Source of the DNA: Candidatus Staskawiczbacteria bacterium
GTDB lineage: Bacteria; Patescibacteriota; Minisyncoccia; Minisyncoccales; Staskawiczbacteraceae
DNA: 64,000 nt
Reading direction: 5' to 3'
Assembly: GCA_041659225.1 (NCBI GenBank)
Contig: JBAZYR010000005.1
Location: forward strand, 4,824-68,823
Position numbers and translations under genes: made by a program. Positions within the stretch are counted from its first letter, which is position 1; every line of letters starts with the position of its first letter. The notes beneath the pieces are model-generated. The model had not been told where the DNA came from, did not search any database, and was given only the letters and a program-made list of their open reading frames with translations. Shown here in pieces: positions 9,468-17,999 of this stretch.

Positions 9468-11309
9468 ATGAAAAAATTGCTAATATCATTTATTATTATC
9501 GGTCTTTTGGGCATTCTTATCGTCGCTCTTTTTCTTTACGCCAATCCAACTAAAGGAATAGATCCGATAGATACCCGTGAGCCGCAAGACGTGAGGCTCA
9601 CGGACGAGCAGCTGAAAGAGGAAATCGGACAAATGATTATGATAGGTTTCCGCGGCACAGAAGCCGCCGAAGATTCGGAAATTTCGAAGATAATCAAAGA
9701 AGTTAAAATTGGGGGCGTGGTTCTTTTCGACCTTGACGTCCCATCCAACTCCTTCCCGAGAAATATCGTGAATTATCAGCAGACAAAAGGATTAATCGCT
9801 AGTATCCAAAAATATTCAGTCACTCCGTTGTTTGTGGCTGTAGATGCCGAGGGAGGAAGTGTAAATCGCCTAAAAGCGAAATATGGGTTTTTGCCTATAG
9901 TCTCGGCAGAAAAAATGGGCGAGGATAAAACCCTGCAGACAGTGTATAGAGAATCCACGGAGTTAGCAGGAGAGTTGAAAGGATTGGGGTTTAACATGAA
10001 TCTAGCACCGGTGGTTGATGTAAATATCAATCCTGAAAGCCCGGCCATCGGAGCTTTAGGCCGTTCATTTTCTTCCGATCCGGAGGAAGTTATCAATCAA
10101 GCAAGAATATTCATACAGAATCATCTGGAAGATAATATTATTACAGTCGAAAAACATTTCCCCGGTCACGGGAGTGCAGCGGGGGATAGCCACAAGGGAT
10201 TCACTGACGTAACAAATACATACCGGGCGGAGGAATTGATTCCTTTCCAAACGCTTAATGAAGAGGGGCTGCTTAAAGCAGTGATGACCGCGCACATAAC
10301 AAACGCGAATATTGACAAGGATTATCCCGCTACTTTGTCAAAATATTTTTTACAGGACATTCTGAGAGGTCAAATTGGGTTTGATGGAGTCATAATCTCT
10401 GACGACATGCAAATGGCTGCAATAAGCAATAACTATCCGCTTGATGAGGCGATTATTCTGTCCATCAACGCGGGAGTGGATGTAATAAGCGTTTTAAACA
10501 ATAGTTCTAGCGGTTATGATGGCGAGATGGCGTATAAAGTGAGGGATATAATATTCAATGCCGTAAAGGGAGGTAAAATTACTGAAGCGAGGATCGGAGA
10601 ATCATATAATCGGATTTTAGATTTGAAGAACGAGTTTAAGATAATTCAATCTGCAAAGGATATTTCCCAGAAAATTGCGGAGATTTACTCTAGAAAGTTT
10701 GAATTAATAGGGGAGCCACAAACTCTTACATTCGGCCGAGCGCTAGAGACCGCCAAATGGGTCGAAGAAATAGCTGTTATACGTCCAGCTTTTTTATTGT
10801 CCATTTTCCAAGAAGAATTGAAATTGGAGAAGTTCGATTTGTGCTATTTAACTAATTTTAAAACCGGAGAAGGCGTTCGGGCTAGTGATGGGAAAAAATT
10901 GGCTAAAGTTATGAAGCCGGATCGCGATATACACGATTTTTTAGATATTACAAAGGAGTTGGGAAAGGATCCTTCCAAAACCTTGGTTACCTGTCCGATG
11001 AGTTTCGGTTGGGGCGGGGCGATGGGCCCTGCTGATTTTATCCCGTCGACTTGGATGCGGTATAAAGATAAGATAGAGAAGATTACCGGGAAAGCGGCTG
11101 ATCCTTGGAATATTCCGGATGCTTTTCTCGCCGCGGGATTATACTTATCCGATTCAGGGGCGAAGGCAAAAACGCATGAAGGCGAGTGGAATGCGGCGAT
11201 GATATATTTTTCCGGGTCTCCAAATGCGCCATATACATGGTATGCCGACGGCGCGATGGCAATTGCAGAAGAAATACAGGGTGATATCGAAATGACTAAA
11301 GGATATTAG
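9468..11309 (+). CDS. membrane-anchored glycoside hydrolase family 3 (NagZ-like) fused to a lytic transglycosylase-like domain
   Basis: N-terminal TM segment. GH3 blocks GFNMNLAPVVDV and KHFPGHG. C-terminal GWGGAMGPADFIPSTW resembles the SLT/MltB motif. Confidence 0.7.
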   Translation: MKKLLISFIIIGLLGILIVALFLYANPTKGIDPIDTREPQDVRLTDEQLKEEIGQMIMIGFRGTEAAEDSEISKIIKEVKIGGVVLFDLDVPSNSFPRNIVNYQQTKGLIASIQKYSVTPLFVAVDAEGGSVNRLKAKYGFLPIVSAEKMGEDKTLQTVYRESTELAGELKGLGFNMNLAPVVDVNINPESPAIGALGRSFSSDPEEVINQARIFIQNHLEDNIITVEKHFPGHGSAAGDSHKGFTDVTNTYRAEELIPFQTLNEEGLLKAVMTAHITNANIDKDYPATLSKYFLQDILRGQIGFDGVIISDDMQMAAISNNYPLDEAIILSINAGVDVISVLNNSSSGYDGEMAYKVRDIIFNAVKGGKITEARIGESYNRILDLKNEFKIIQSAKDISQKIAEIYSRKFELIGEPQTLTFGRALETAKWVEEIAVIRPAFLLSIFQEELKLEKFDLCYLTNFKTGEGVRASDGKKLAKVMKPDRDIHDFLDITKELGKDPSKTLVTCPMSFGWGGAMGPADFIPSTWMRYKDKIEKITGKAADPWNIPDAFLAAGLYLSDSGAKAKTHEGEWNAAMIYFSGSPNAPYTWYADGAMAIAEEIQGDIEMTKGY

Positions 11310-11335
11310 TAAATTTAGTAAAATCGACATATATT

Positions 11336-12742
11336 ATGAAAATTACTTTCTTCGGTGCAGCGCAAAACGTAACCGGCTCAAAACACCTGATTCAGTCACA
11401 GGGGTACAGTCTTCTTTTGGATTGCGGTCTCTACCAAGGCAAAAGAAAAGTTTCGAATGAACTAAATAAAAACCTTCCTTTTGAAAGCAGCACCATAAAT
11501 GCGGTCATACTTTCGCATGCGCACCTGGACCATTGCGGTACGTTGCCGATTTTAATCAAGAACGGATTTGAAAGAAAAATCTATTGCACCGGGGCCACTG
11601 CAGGAATTGCAAAATATATTATGGAGGATTGCGCCCAGCTTCAGGAGAACGATGCGATATATGTTAACAAACACCTAAAAAAGCGCGATGAACCGATTTC
11701 TCCTATTTACACCAAAGAGGATGTGGCAGAGACTATCAGTCACTTTGAGGAGGTTCCGTATTTTAACTTAAGCAATCAATGGACCCAGTTAAACGAAAAT
11801 ATCCGCTTCAAATTTTACGAAGCAGGACACGTTTTAGGTTCAGCAATAACATTATTGGAGATAAAAGAAGACGGAATCACAAAAACATTAGCTTTCTCGG
11901 GAGATCTGGGACGGGAATACCTGCCTATCTTGCGTCCGCCGGAGGAGATTAAGGAAGACATGCAAACATTGATACTCGAATGTACCTATGGAGCCAGGCT
12001 CCATAGGCCGATGGCGGATTTAACGGGAAATCTCGGCGAGATTATAGCAGAAGCGATTAATAAAAAGAGCAAGGTGATTATTCCGGCTTTTTCGCTGGAG
12101 CGTACGCAAGAGCTTGTGTATATTCTTCATAAACTTATAGACGAAAAAACAATTGCGTCCATTCCAATATATATTGATAGCCCTTTGGCAGATAAAATTA
12201 CCCAGGTTTTTAAGGAGAACACTGAATATTTCGATGAAGAATTCTGGAAAGACTTCGGAAGCCGAAACGAGTCGCCATTTGACGCCAAAAACATAATCTA
12301 TACGCGTTCTACCGAGGAATCAAAGGAATTAAATAACGTGCCTGGTCCCTTTATCGTAATCGCCGGCTCGGGTATGGCCGAGGGAGGAAGAGTTCTACAC
12401 CATTTGAAAAACAACATTTCTAACCCAAACAACATTGTTTTAATAACCGGCTATCAAGCTGAGAATACGCTTGGCCGGAGGATCCAGGATGGGATTACGC
12501 CAATTAAGATTTTTGGAGAAAAGTATAAAGTTAAGGCGAAGGTAATTACACTGGAGGAATTAAGCGCCCATGCTGATCAAAAAGATCTTTCAAACTACAT
12601 TAATAGAATAAAAGGGCTTAAAAAACTGTTCTTAGTGCACACCGAATTGCCTCAAGCCCAGGTTTTCCGGGGTTTGGTTAGCCAGTTTCATCCGTCTTTA
12701 TTGGTTAATATTCCTACGCTTGGTCAGGCATTTGAAATTTAA
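11336..12742 (+). CDS. MBL-fold beta-CASP RNA-metabolising hydrolase
   Basis: HAHLDHCG metallo-beta-lactamase motif. Beta-CASP-like C-terminal half (ELSAHADQKDL). Confidence 0.8.
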   Translation: MKITFFGAAQNVTGSKHLIQSQGYSLLLDCGLYQGKRKVSNELNKNLPFESSTINAVILSHAHLDHCGTLPILIKNGFERKIYCTGATAGIAKYIMEDCAQLQENDAIYVNKHLKKRDEPISPIYTKEDVAETISHFEEVPYFNLSNQWTQLNENIRFKFYEAGHVLGSAITLLEIKEDGITKTLAFSGDLGREYLPILRPPEEIKEDMQTLILECTYGARLHRPMADLTGNLGEIIAEAINKKSKVIIPAFSLERTQELVYILHKLIDEKTIASIPIYIDSPLADKITQVFKENTEYFDEEFWKDFGSRNESPFDAKNIIYTRSTEESKELNNVPGPFIVIAGSGMAEGGRVLHHLKNNISNPNNIVLITGYQAENTLGRRIQDGITPIKIFGEKYKVKAKVITLEELSAHADQKDLSNYINRIKGLKKLFLVHTELPQAQVFRGLVSQFHPSLLVNIPTLGQAFEI

Positions 12743-12803
12743 TACTTAGTTGACAAACACTGTATTAGGATTAATGTGAAAATATACTATTAAATACAAT
12801 AAT

Positions 12804-14180
12804 ATGAATAAATACACATTAGGCCTCATATCTGCTGTTTTAGTTTTTTCCTACGCATCTGTCGCGTACGCAATGACGCCAGTTCTATCCCTTTCGAATT
12901 CGGGAAATGGCGACATGGTCCAAGTCACCGTGACCGGGGATTCTAACTCCAGCGTTATTCTTTACTATCCTAAAACTGGTTATGGCACTCAAACCAGCTT
13001 TATCGGCACGACCAATTCAGGGGGGTATTTGACAACTACAATCAGCACCAGCTCCTTAGGCATTACCGCCGGCAGTTCCGTTCATGTAGTGGTTAACAAC
13101 CAGACTTCTTATGCTGTTGTATGGCCATATGCTACCGGGTTAAACACAATTTATTTCTCGCCGACTAATCCGACTGTTAACGTCGGGCAGAGCACAACTG
13201 TATATGTTTCTGGGGGCCAAGGCAGTTATTACGTATCAACTAATTCCAATTCCAATATTGTTCAGACTAGTTTGTCGGGCAGTACCTTGACTTTGTCCGG
13301 AATAATGAATGGCACATCGGTGATTACTGTTTGCTCTTCGGTCAATGCTTGCGGCTCTCTGACAGTCACAGTCGGCTACAGCGGAGGGAATTTATCGTTG
13401 AGCCAAACTAACATTTCATTGACGACCGGCCAGAGTGCCAGTGTTTCCATATACGGCACCGGCAACTACTATTTTTCTGGCAACATTAACCCAAGCGTTG
13501 CTACCGTTTCAATAAGCGGAAGCAGTTTAGTAATTTATGGTGTTAACTACGGCAGCACCAGTTTTTCTGTATGCCAAACCGGGGGGCAGTGCGTCACAGC
13601 CTATGTTACAGTGACGAATAATATAGTTACGCCGCGAACATCTTTTTTAACTTTTAGCCCGGCTAACCCAACTTTGCCGCTTGGGCAGAGCACTACTGTT
13701 TCAATTTCCGGCGATTATCCGATATATATACTTAATAACAACTATCCTTATAACTACGGTGTATATACCATTGCATACAATTCTAATTCCAGTGCTGTTC
13801 AGGCGTATATTAGCGGAAATTCTTTGGTTCTCACCGGGTCACAGCAGGGAGCTGCCGTGATTGTTGTGTGCAGCTCTTCTAGCGTTTGCGGACCAATCTC
13901 CGTTAAAGTGGGTGTCTACAACATCTACGACGATTATTCAGGATATCAATTCACAAGATTCCTGACTCTCGGTTCAACGGGGGATGACGTTATCGCCCTT
14001 CAGGAGTTATTGACCCAAGAAGGTTACTATAGCGGCAATATTAGCGGGCGCTATGGCAGTTTAACCAGGGCTGCTGTGTTGGCCTACCAAACTGCCAACG
14101 GATTGCCGCAGACCGGTAATGTTGGGGTATCGACTCGAGATTTCCTCAACAATAACGGAGGGGTAGGTTACGGTGAATAA
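12804..14180 (+). CDS. secreted repeat protein (three Ig-like repeats) with C-terminal peptidoglycan-binding domain
   Basis: Signal peptide. Three repeats of about 75 aa (SPTNPTVNVGQSTTV.., SQTNISLTTGQSASV.., SPANPTLPLGQSTTV..), each with a Cys pair. C-terminal PG_binding_1-like GSTGDDVIALQELL...AVLAYQTANGLPQTGNVG. Confidence 0.6.
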   Translation: MNKYTLGLISAVLVFSYASVAYAMTPVLSLSNSGNGDMVQVTVTGDSNSSVILYYPKTGYGTQTSFIGTTNSGGYLTTTISTSSLGITAGSSVHVVVNNQTSYAVVWPYATGLNTIYFSPTNPTVNVGQSTTVYVSGGQGSYYVSTNSNSNIVQTSLSGSTLTLSGIMNGTSVITVCSSVNACGSLTVTVGYSGGNLSLSQTNISLTTGQSASVSIYGTGNYYFSGNINPSVATVSISGSSLVIYGVNYGSTSFSVCQTGGQCVTAYVTVTNNIVTPRTSFLTFSPANPTLPLGQSTTVSISGDYPIYILNNNYPYNYGVYTIAYNSNSSAVQAYISGNSLVLTGSQQGAAVIVVCSSSSVCGPISVKVGVYNIYDDYSGYQFTRFLTLGSTGDDVIALQELLTQEGYYSGNISGRYGSLTRAAVLAYQTANGLPQTGNVGVSTRDFLNNNGGVGYGE

Positions 14181-14182
14181 TA

Positions 14183-15190
14183 ATGGATTTAAAGCATTTC
14201 CAGGAAATATTTAATAACGAACCTTCTTATCGCTTGAAACAGGCCCAAAAGGGCCTTTTTCAGGATTTAATAAATAGCTGGAAGGAAGCAACGGTTTTTC
14301 CGTTAGATCTTAGAGAGAAGCTAGATAAAGAATGTCCGATTGCAATATCTGCCAAGAAGTTTACCGCGCAAGACCAAAAAACCGTAAAAGCTTTAATTAC
14401 GTTGGACGACGGATTGAAAATAGAGGCAGTTTTGATGAAGCATGCTGACCATCGGAACACTGTCTGTGTTTCTTCTCAGGTTGGTTGCGCTTTGAGCTGT
14501 TCTTTTTGCGCCACCGGAAAGCTAGGATTTAAAAGGAATCTCCAGGTGTGGGAGATAGTAGAACAGGTTTTATTTTTCGCCCGTTATTTAAAAAAGGCAG
14601 GGGAGCGAGTAACAAATATTGTTTTTATGGGAATGGGCGAGCCCTTTTTGAATTACGATAATGTTATTGGCGCGATAATGATATTAAATGCCAAGGATTG
14701 CTATAACCTAGGCGCCCGTCATTTTTCAATTTCAACAGTTGGTGTCGTCGAAGGTATTGAAAAGTTAAGCAAAGAGAAACTGCAGATTAATTTAGCGATT
14801 TCTTTGCATGCTCCCGACAACCAACTCCGGTCTAAACTAATGGGGATTAATAATAAATATCCTATTGAGGATGTTTTAAAATCTGTCAGTAGCTACGTTA
14901 AAAAAACTAAACGACGCGTAATGCTGGAATACATAATGATTAAAGGTGTGAATGATTCCGAAAAACACGCACACGCCCTCGCGAAGTTAGCGAGAAACCC
15001 GTTGTATTTTGTTAATCTTATCACATACAGCGAGACGGGTATGTTCAAACCTTCTGTTCCTGCGCAAATCAAAATGTTCAAGAAGATTCTTGAGCAGGAA
15101 CGTGTGGCTGTAACTCAAAGGTATCGTTTCGGTGAAAATATCAAAGGCGCCTGCGGCCAGTTAGCCCTAGACGATGAAATTGACAGTTAG
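14183..15190 (+). CDS. rlmN: 23S rRNA/tRNA (adenine-C2)-methyltransferase RlmN (radical SAM)
   Basis: YRLKQAQKGLF N-terminus, radical-SAM CALSCSFCATG, GMGEP, and the C-terminal GACGQL cysteine. Confidence 0.9.
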   Translation: MDLKHFQEIFNNEPSYRLKQAQKGLFQDLINSWKEATVFPLDLREKLDKECPIAISAKKFTAQDQKTVKALITLDDGLKIEAVLMKHADHRNTVCVSSQVGCALSCSFCATGKLGFKRNLQVWEIVEQVLFFARYLKKAGERVTNIVFMGMGEPFLNYDNVIGAIMILNAKDCYNLGARHFSISTVGVVEGIEKLSKEKLQINLAISLHAPDNQLRSKLMGINNKYPIEDVLKSVSSYVKKTKRRVMLEYIMIKGVNDSEKHAHALAKLARNPLYFVNLITYSETGMFKPSVPAQIKMFKKILEQERVAVTQRYRFGENIKGACGQLALDDEIDS

Positions 15191-15289
15191 TAGTTTCGTG
15201 ATAGCATATAGTTGATTGGGCGTATTCCTGATCAAGGAGTGCAGTTCATTTACAAAGGAACGACGGTGCGTCGAACAAGGAGGTTGCAG

Positions 15290-15604
15290 ATGATAAAGAT
15301 GTTTATTGTTGAGTATTCCAAAATTGCGAAATTTCTTCTATGGGTACTTTTTAGTCTGTTTATGGTCGCCGAAGTGATCGCTATTCTCCAGCTCGATGTT
15401 ACTCTTATCTGCCGAGTAACGGCCATTGAGATTGTAATCGTTTTATGCATTTATATAATCCGAATTATTGTTCCGGAGCAATGGGTTGCAGCGTATAACG
15501 CAAAGCGTTTCTTCCGCTTAGACGAGATAGCTCCAGAGGAGGAGTTGGGATCGCCCCGCAGCGTAACACTCGAAAAAGAAGGAGACTCTGATGATAATGA
15601 TTGA
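15290..15604 (+). CDS. small two-TM membrane protein with acidic tail (GC-rich cassette A)
   Basis: ATG at 15290 is preceded by AAGGAGG (15279-15285). Two hydrophobic segments, C-terminus EKEGDSDDND. The upstream TTG (15212) has no RBS. Confidence 0.4.
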   Translation: MIKMFIVEYSKIAKFLLWVLFSLFMVAEVIAILQLDVTLICRVTAIEIVIVLCIYIIRIIVPEQWVAAYNAKRFFRLDEIAPEEELGSPRSVTLEKEGDSDDND

Positions 15605-15827
15605 CGCGGCAAAGTATTCAGGAAGCGCAGCAACAAAAGTACAAATCTTTCTTGGTGAAGCGATCTGTCAAATAGCTAAGGAAATCTTCAGTCCACTGAA
15701 TCGTTACGGGGCCCAATGTGCCTTTGCGACTCATGAGCCGACAATCGACCAACTGGTTGATAACTACGTAAAGACCGGCGCTATGTGCAGATGCATCGAA
15801 CGATTTTCCCGACGGGTCCAGACATGA
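15591..15827 (+). CDS. small hypothetical protein, paralog 1 (cassette A)
   Basis: Start overlaps the upstream stop and is preceded by GAAGGAG. Shares IFS.LNRYG.QC....H.PT..QL.DNY..TG with the next ORF. Confidence 0.4.
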   Translation: MIMIDAAKYSGSAATKVQIFLGEAICQIAKEIFSPLNRYGAQCAFATHEPTIDQLVDNYVKTGAMCRCIERFSRRVQT

Positions 15828-15863
15828 TTCGAATGGCCCGCTCTCGGTCCGAAAGGGGGTCGC

Positions 15864-16109
15864 ATGTTGACTCTTCACGTAATCCTTGAGATTGGTACAC
15901 AAAGCGTTGTAGCGGACGTGGAAATCTGTACCGGATCAATTAACGAAATACTCAATGATATCTTCAGCGGCCTGAATCGCTACGGCACGCAGTGTTACTA
16001 CGGGGTTCACGATCCCACATTTAACCAACTATTCGACAATTATCAGCGTACCGGCGGACTACAGAGACGCATTTCTTCGCTACCAAGAGCGAAAGCTCGC
16101 TGTCGATAG
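15864..16109 (+). CDS. small hypothetical protein, paralog 2 (cassette A)
   Basis: Preceded by AAGGGGG. Clear paralog of 15591-15827 (DIFSGLNRYGTQCYYGVHDPTFNQLFDNYQRTGG). Confidence 0.4.
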   Translation: MLTLHVILEIGTQSVVADVEICTGSINEILNDIFSGLNRYGTQCYYGVHDPTFNQLFDNYQRTGGLQRRISSLPRAKARCR

Positions 16110-16183
16110 ATTATGCATTCGTAATGCCCCACGGCCAAGCCAAGGGGTTTTTGTTTGGATACGAAACGTGATAGGATATATTA

Positions 16184-16870
16184 ATGAAAAAAGAAATTAT
16201 TGTTATATCTCTTGGCGGCTCGATTATTATCCCGAAAACAGGTTTTGACGTAAGATTTTTGAAGTCCTTCAAGGAATTAATATTAAAATTAACAAAAAAA
16301 GGCTATAAGTTTATTATCGTCTGCGGGGGCGGCCAAACTGCACGCTCGTATCAAAAAATAGCGCGAGAATTGAGTAATTTAACCCCGGCTGGAATTGATT
16401 GGATAGGAATATATGCGACTTGGCTTAACGCCAGCCTATTAAGGGGACTATTTAAAGAACGGGCGCATCTGGATATAGTGAATGACCCGACTAAGAAAAC
16501 GACCTGGAAAAAGCCTATTCTTATTGCCGGCGGATGGAAACCGGGGTTTTCGACAGATTACGACGCGGTAAAATTAGCTGAACTATACGGCGTAAGAAAA
16601 GTTATTAACTTGTCGAATATTGCATATGTCTTTGACAAAAACCCCTTAGATTTTAAGGACGCAAAAAAGATTAAGCAGACTGATTGGGCTAGTTTCCGTA
16701 AAATCGTGGGGGAGAAATGGTCTCCCGGGGCTAATCTGCCGTTTGATCCAGTCGCTAGTAAAATTGCTCAAAAACTTAAGCTAATTTTGTATTTTGTTAA
16801 AGGAACTGATTTGGTGGAGGTTGAAAAATCCATAACAGGAGAAAAATTTGACGGAACAATCATTGCCTAG
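16184..16870 (+). CDS. pyrH: UMP kinase, archaeal-type (amino-acid kinase fold)
   Basis: IISLGGSII N-terminus, VCGGGQTAR, and a length of 228 aa typical of the short UMP kinase type. Confidence 0.65.
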   Translation: MKKEIIVISLGGSIIIPKTGFDVRFLKSFKELILKLTKKGYKFIIVCGGGQTARSYQKIARELSNLTPAGIDWIGIYATWLNASLLRGLFKERAHLDIVNDPTKKTTWKKPILIAGGWKPGFSTDYDAVKLAELYGVRKVINLSNIAYVFDKNPLDFKDAKKIKQTDWASFRKIVGEKWSPGANLPFDPVASKIAQKLKLILYFVKGTDLVEVEKSITGEKFDGTIIA

Positions 16871-16929
16871 TTACCTTGACGGTGTTTTTTGGTGTATAAT
16901 CAGTTAATAAGTAATTAGTCCGTAAATTT

Positions 16930-17541
16930 ATGAATAAAATACTTTCAATCGTGTTGGTCGTGTCAGTTTTAGCAAGCACCGGCGTTGTTTATGCTCAAAC
17001 CAGCGGCACGACTGCGGCGGGAATGACCCCGGACAGCTCTTTCTATTTTTTAAAAACGTGGAAGGAGTCGATACAAACGTTTTTTACCTTCGGAGCGGAG
17101 AACAAAGCTAAGCAGTTTATGCATTTAGCTGATGTTCGGCTGGCTGAATATGAGAAAATGCTCGAAAAAGGGAAAGCGACAATTGCTCAAAGAGTTTTAG
17201 ACAAATATAATGCCCAATTGAATCGAGCAGTGACGAAGATAGAGGAAATAAAAGCAAAAGGGAACTATAGCGAGGACCTTTTAAGTAAAATTGAGGAAAT
17301 AAAAGCAAAGGGCGACTACATCATCGGCGGGAAAAAGAAAAAGGAAAATGGCTGTACAAATTCTGGAGGCACCATAGTATCTGGATTCTGCTGCGCATCC
17401 GCTACTGATTTTCCAAGCAGCTGCGCTATCGGCGCCTGCGGCTGCTCGCTGGAGAATAGTCACGAGGTCAAAACCTGCGATTGTGGGCAAGACCGATGCT
17501 TTGACGGAGAAAAATGCGTTTCGTTTCAACAAGGAGGTTAA
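16930..17541 (+). CDS. secreted DUF5667-like protein with Cys-rich C-terminus
   Basis: Signal peptide. TPDSSFYFLKTWKESIQ..AENKAKQFMHLADVRLAE pattern. In-frame direct repeat EEIKAKG(N/D)Y. Ten Cys in the last 60 aa. Confidence 0.55.
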   Translation: MNKILSIVLVVSVLASTGVVYAQTSGTTAAGMTPDSSFYFLKTWKESIQTFFTFGAENKAKQFMHLADVRLAEYEKMLEKGKATIAQRVLDKYNAQLNRAVTKIEEIKAKGNYSEDLLSKIEEIKAKGDYIIGGKKKKENGCTNSGGTIVSGFCCASATDFPSSCAIGACGCSLENSHEVKTCDCGQDRCFDGEKCVSFQQGG

Positions 17542-17560
17542 TTAATAATTAAGAAAATTT

Positions 17561-17932
17561 ATGGAAGAAAATACGCCAAATCAGACAACCGGCGGCCAAA
17601 CACCACCCGAACCGAAAAAAGAACAGCCGGCAGTTGCAAAAAAGGTTAATGTAATGGCAATTTTAGCGTACGTTATCTTTTTTATACCCTTGCTAACTGA
17701 TTCTAAAAATGATCCGTTTGTTAAATACCACGTTCGACAAGGGGCATTGGTATTTTTCATATTCATCGTTTCCTGGATACTCGGGTTTATACCCGGGCCT
17801 GGGTGGGGCCTTTCGCAGGTGATTTCCTTCTGCGGATTGATTTTAATGATTATTGGAATTGTGAATGTTTCGCAAGGAAAAGAGGTTCCGTTGCCCTTAA
17901 TCGGAAAATACGCCGACAAGATTGATATATAA
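17561..17932 (+). CDS. DUF4870-like membrane protein
   Basis: ILAYVIFFIPLLTDSKNDPFVKYHVRQGALVF followed by two further TM segments. Confidence 0.5.
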   Translation: MEENTPNQTTGGQTPPEPKKEQPAVAKKVNVMAILAYVIFFIPLLTDSKNDPFVKYHVRQGALVFFIFIVSWILGFIPGPGWGLSQVISFCGLILMIIGIVNVSQGKEVPLPLIGKYADKIDI

Positions 17933-17999
17933 TAAGTTATTTAAAAAATCGCCCTTTTGTTTCTGCAGCTGCAGAGCTTAGGGCTATTTTTTAGCAATA

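Noticed and set aside
12804-14180. Nucleotide-level repeats that might have been a repeat array
   Set aside because: They are in-frame, about 225-nt, divergent protein-domain repeats (Ig-like) within one CDS, not CRISPR or a satellite.
15212-15289. Upstream extension of the cassette A membrane protein (TTG start), and similar long N-terminal extensions at 23553, 40503, 52417, 57133, 59805 and 60902
   Set aside because: In each case a downstream ATG has a far better context (an AGGAG RBS, or a position after a promoter, operator or terminator). The extension overlaps regulatory sequence or the previous gene.
17225-17310. Direct repeat GAGGAAATAAAAGCAAA(A)GGG occurring twice
   Set aside because: It is an in-frame duplication (EEIKAKG) inside the DUF5667-like CDS. 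With only two copies and no spacer structure, it is not a CRISPR or regulatory array.
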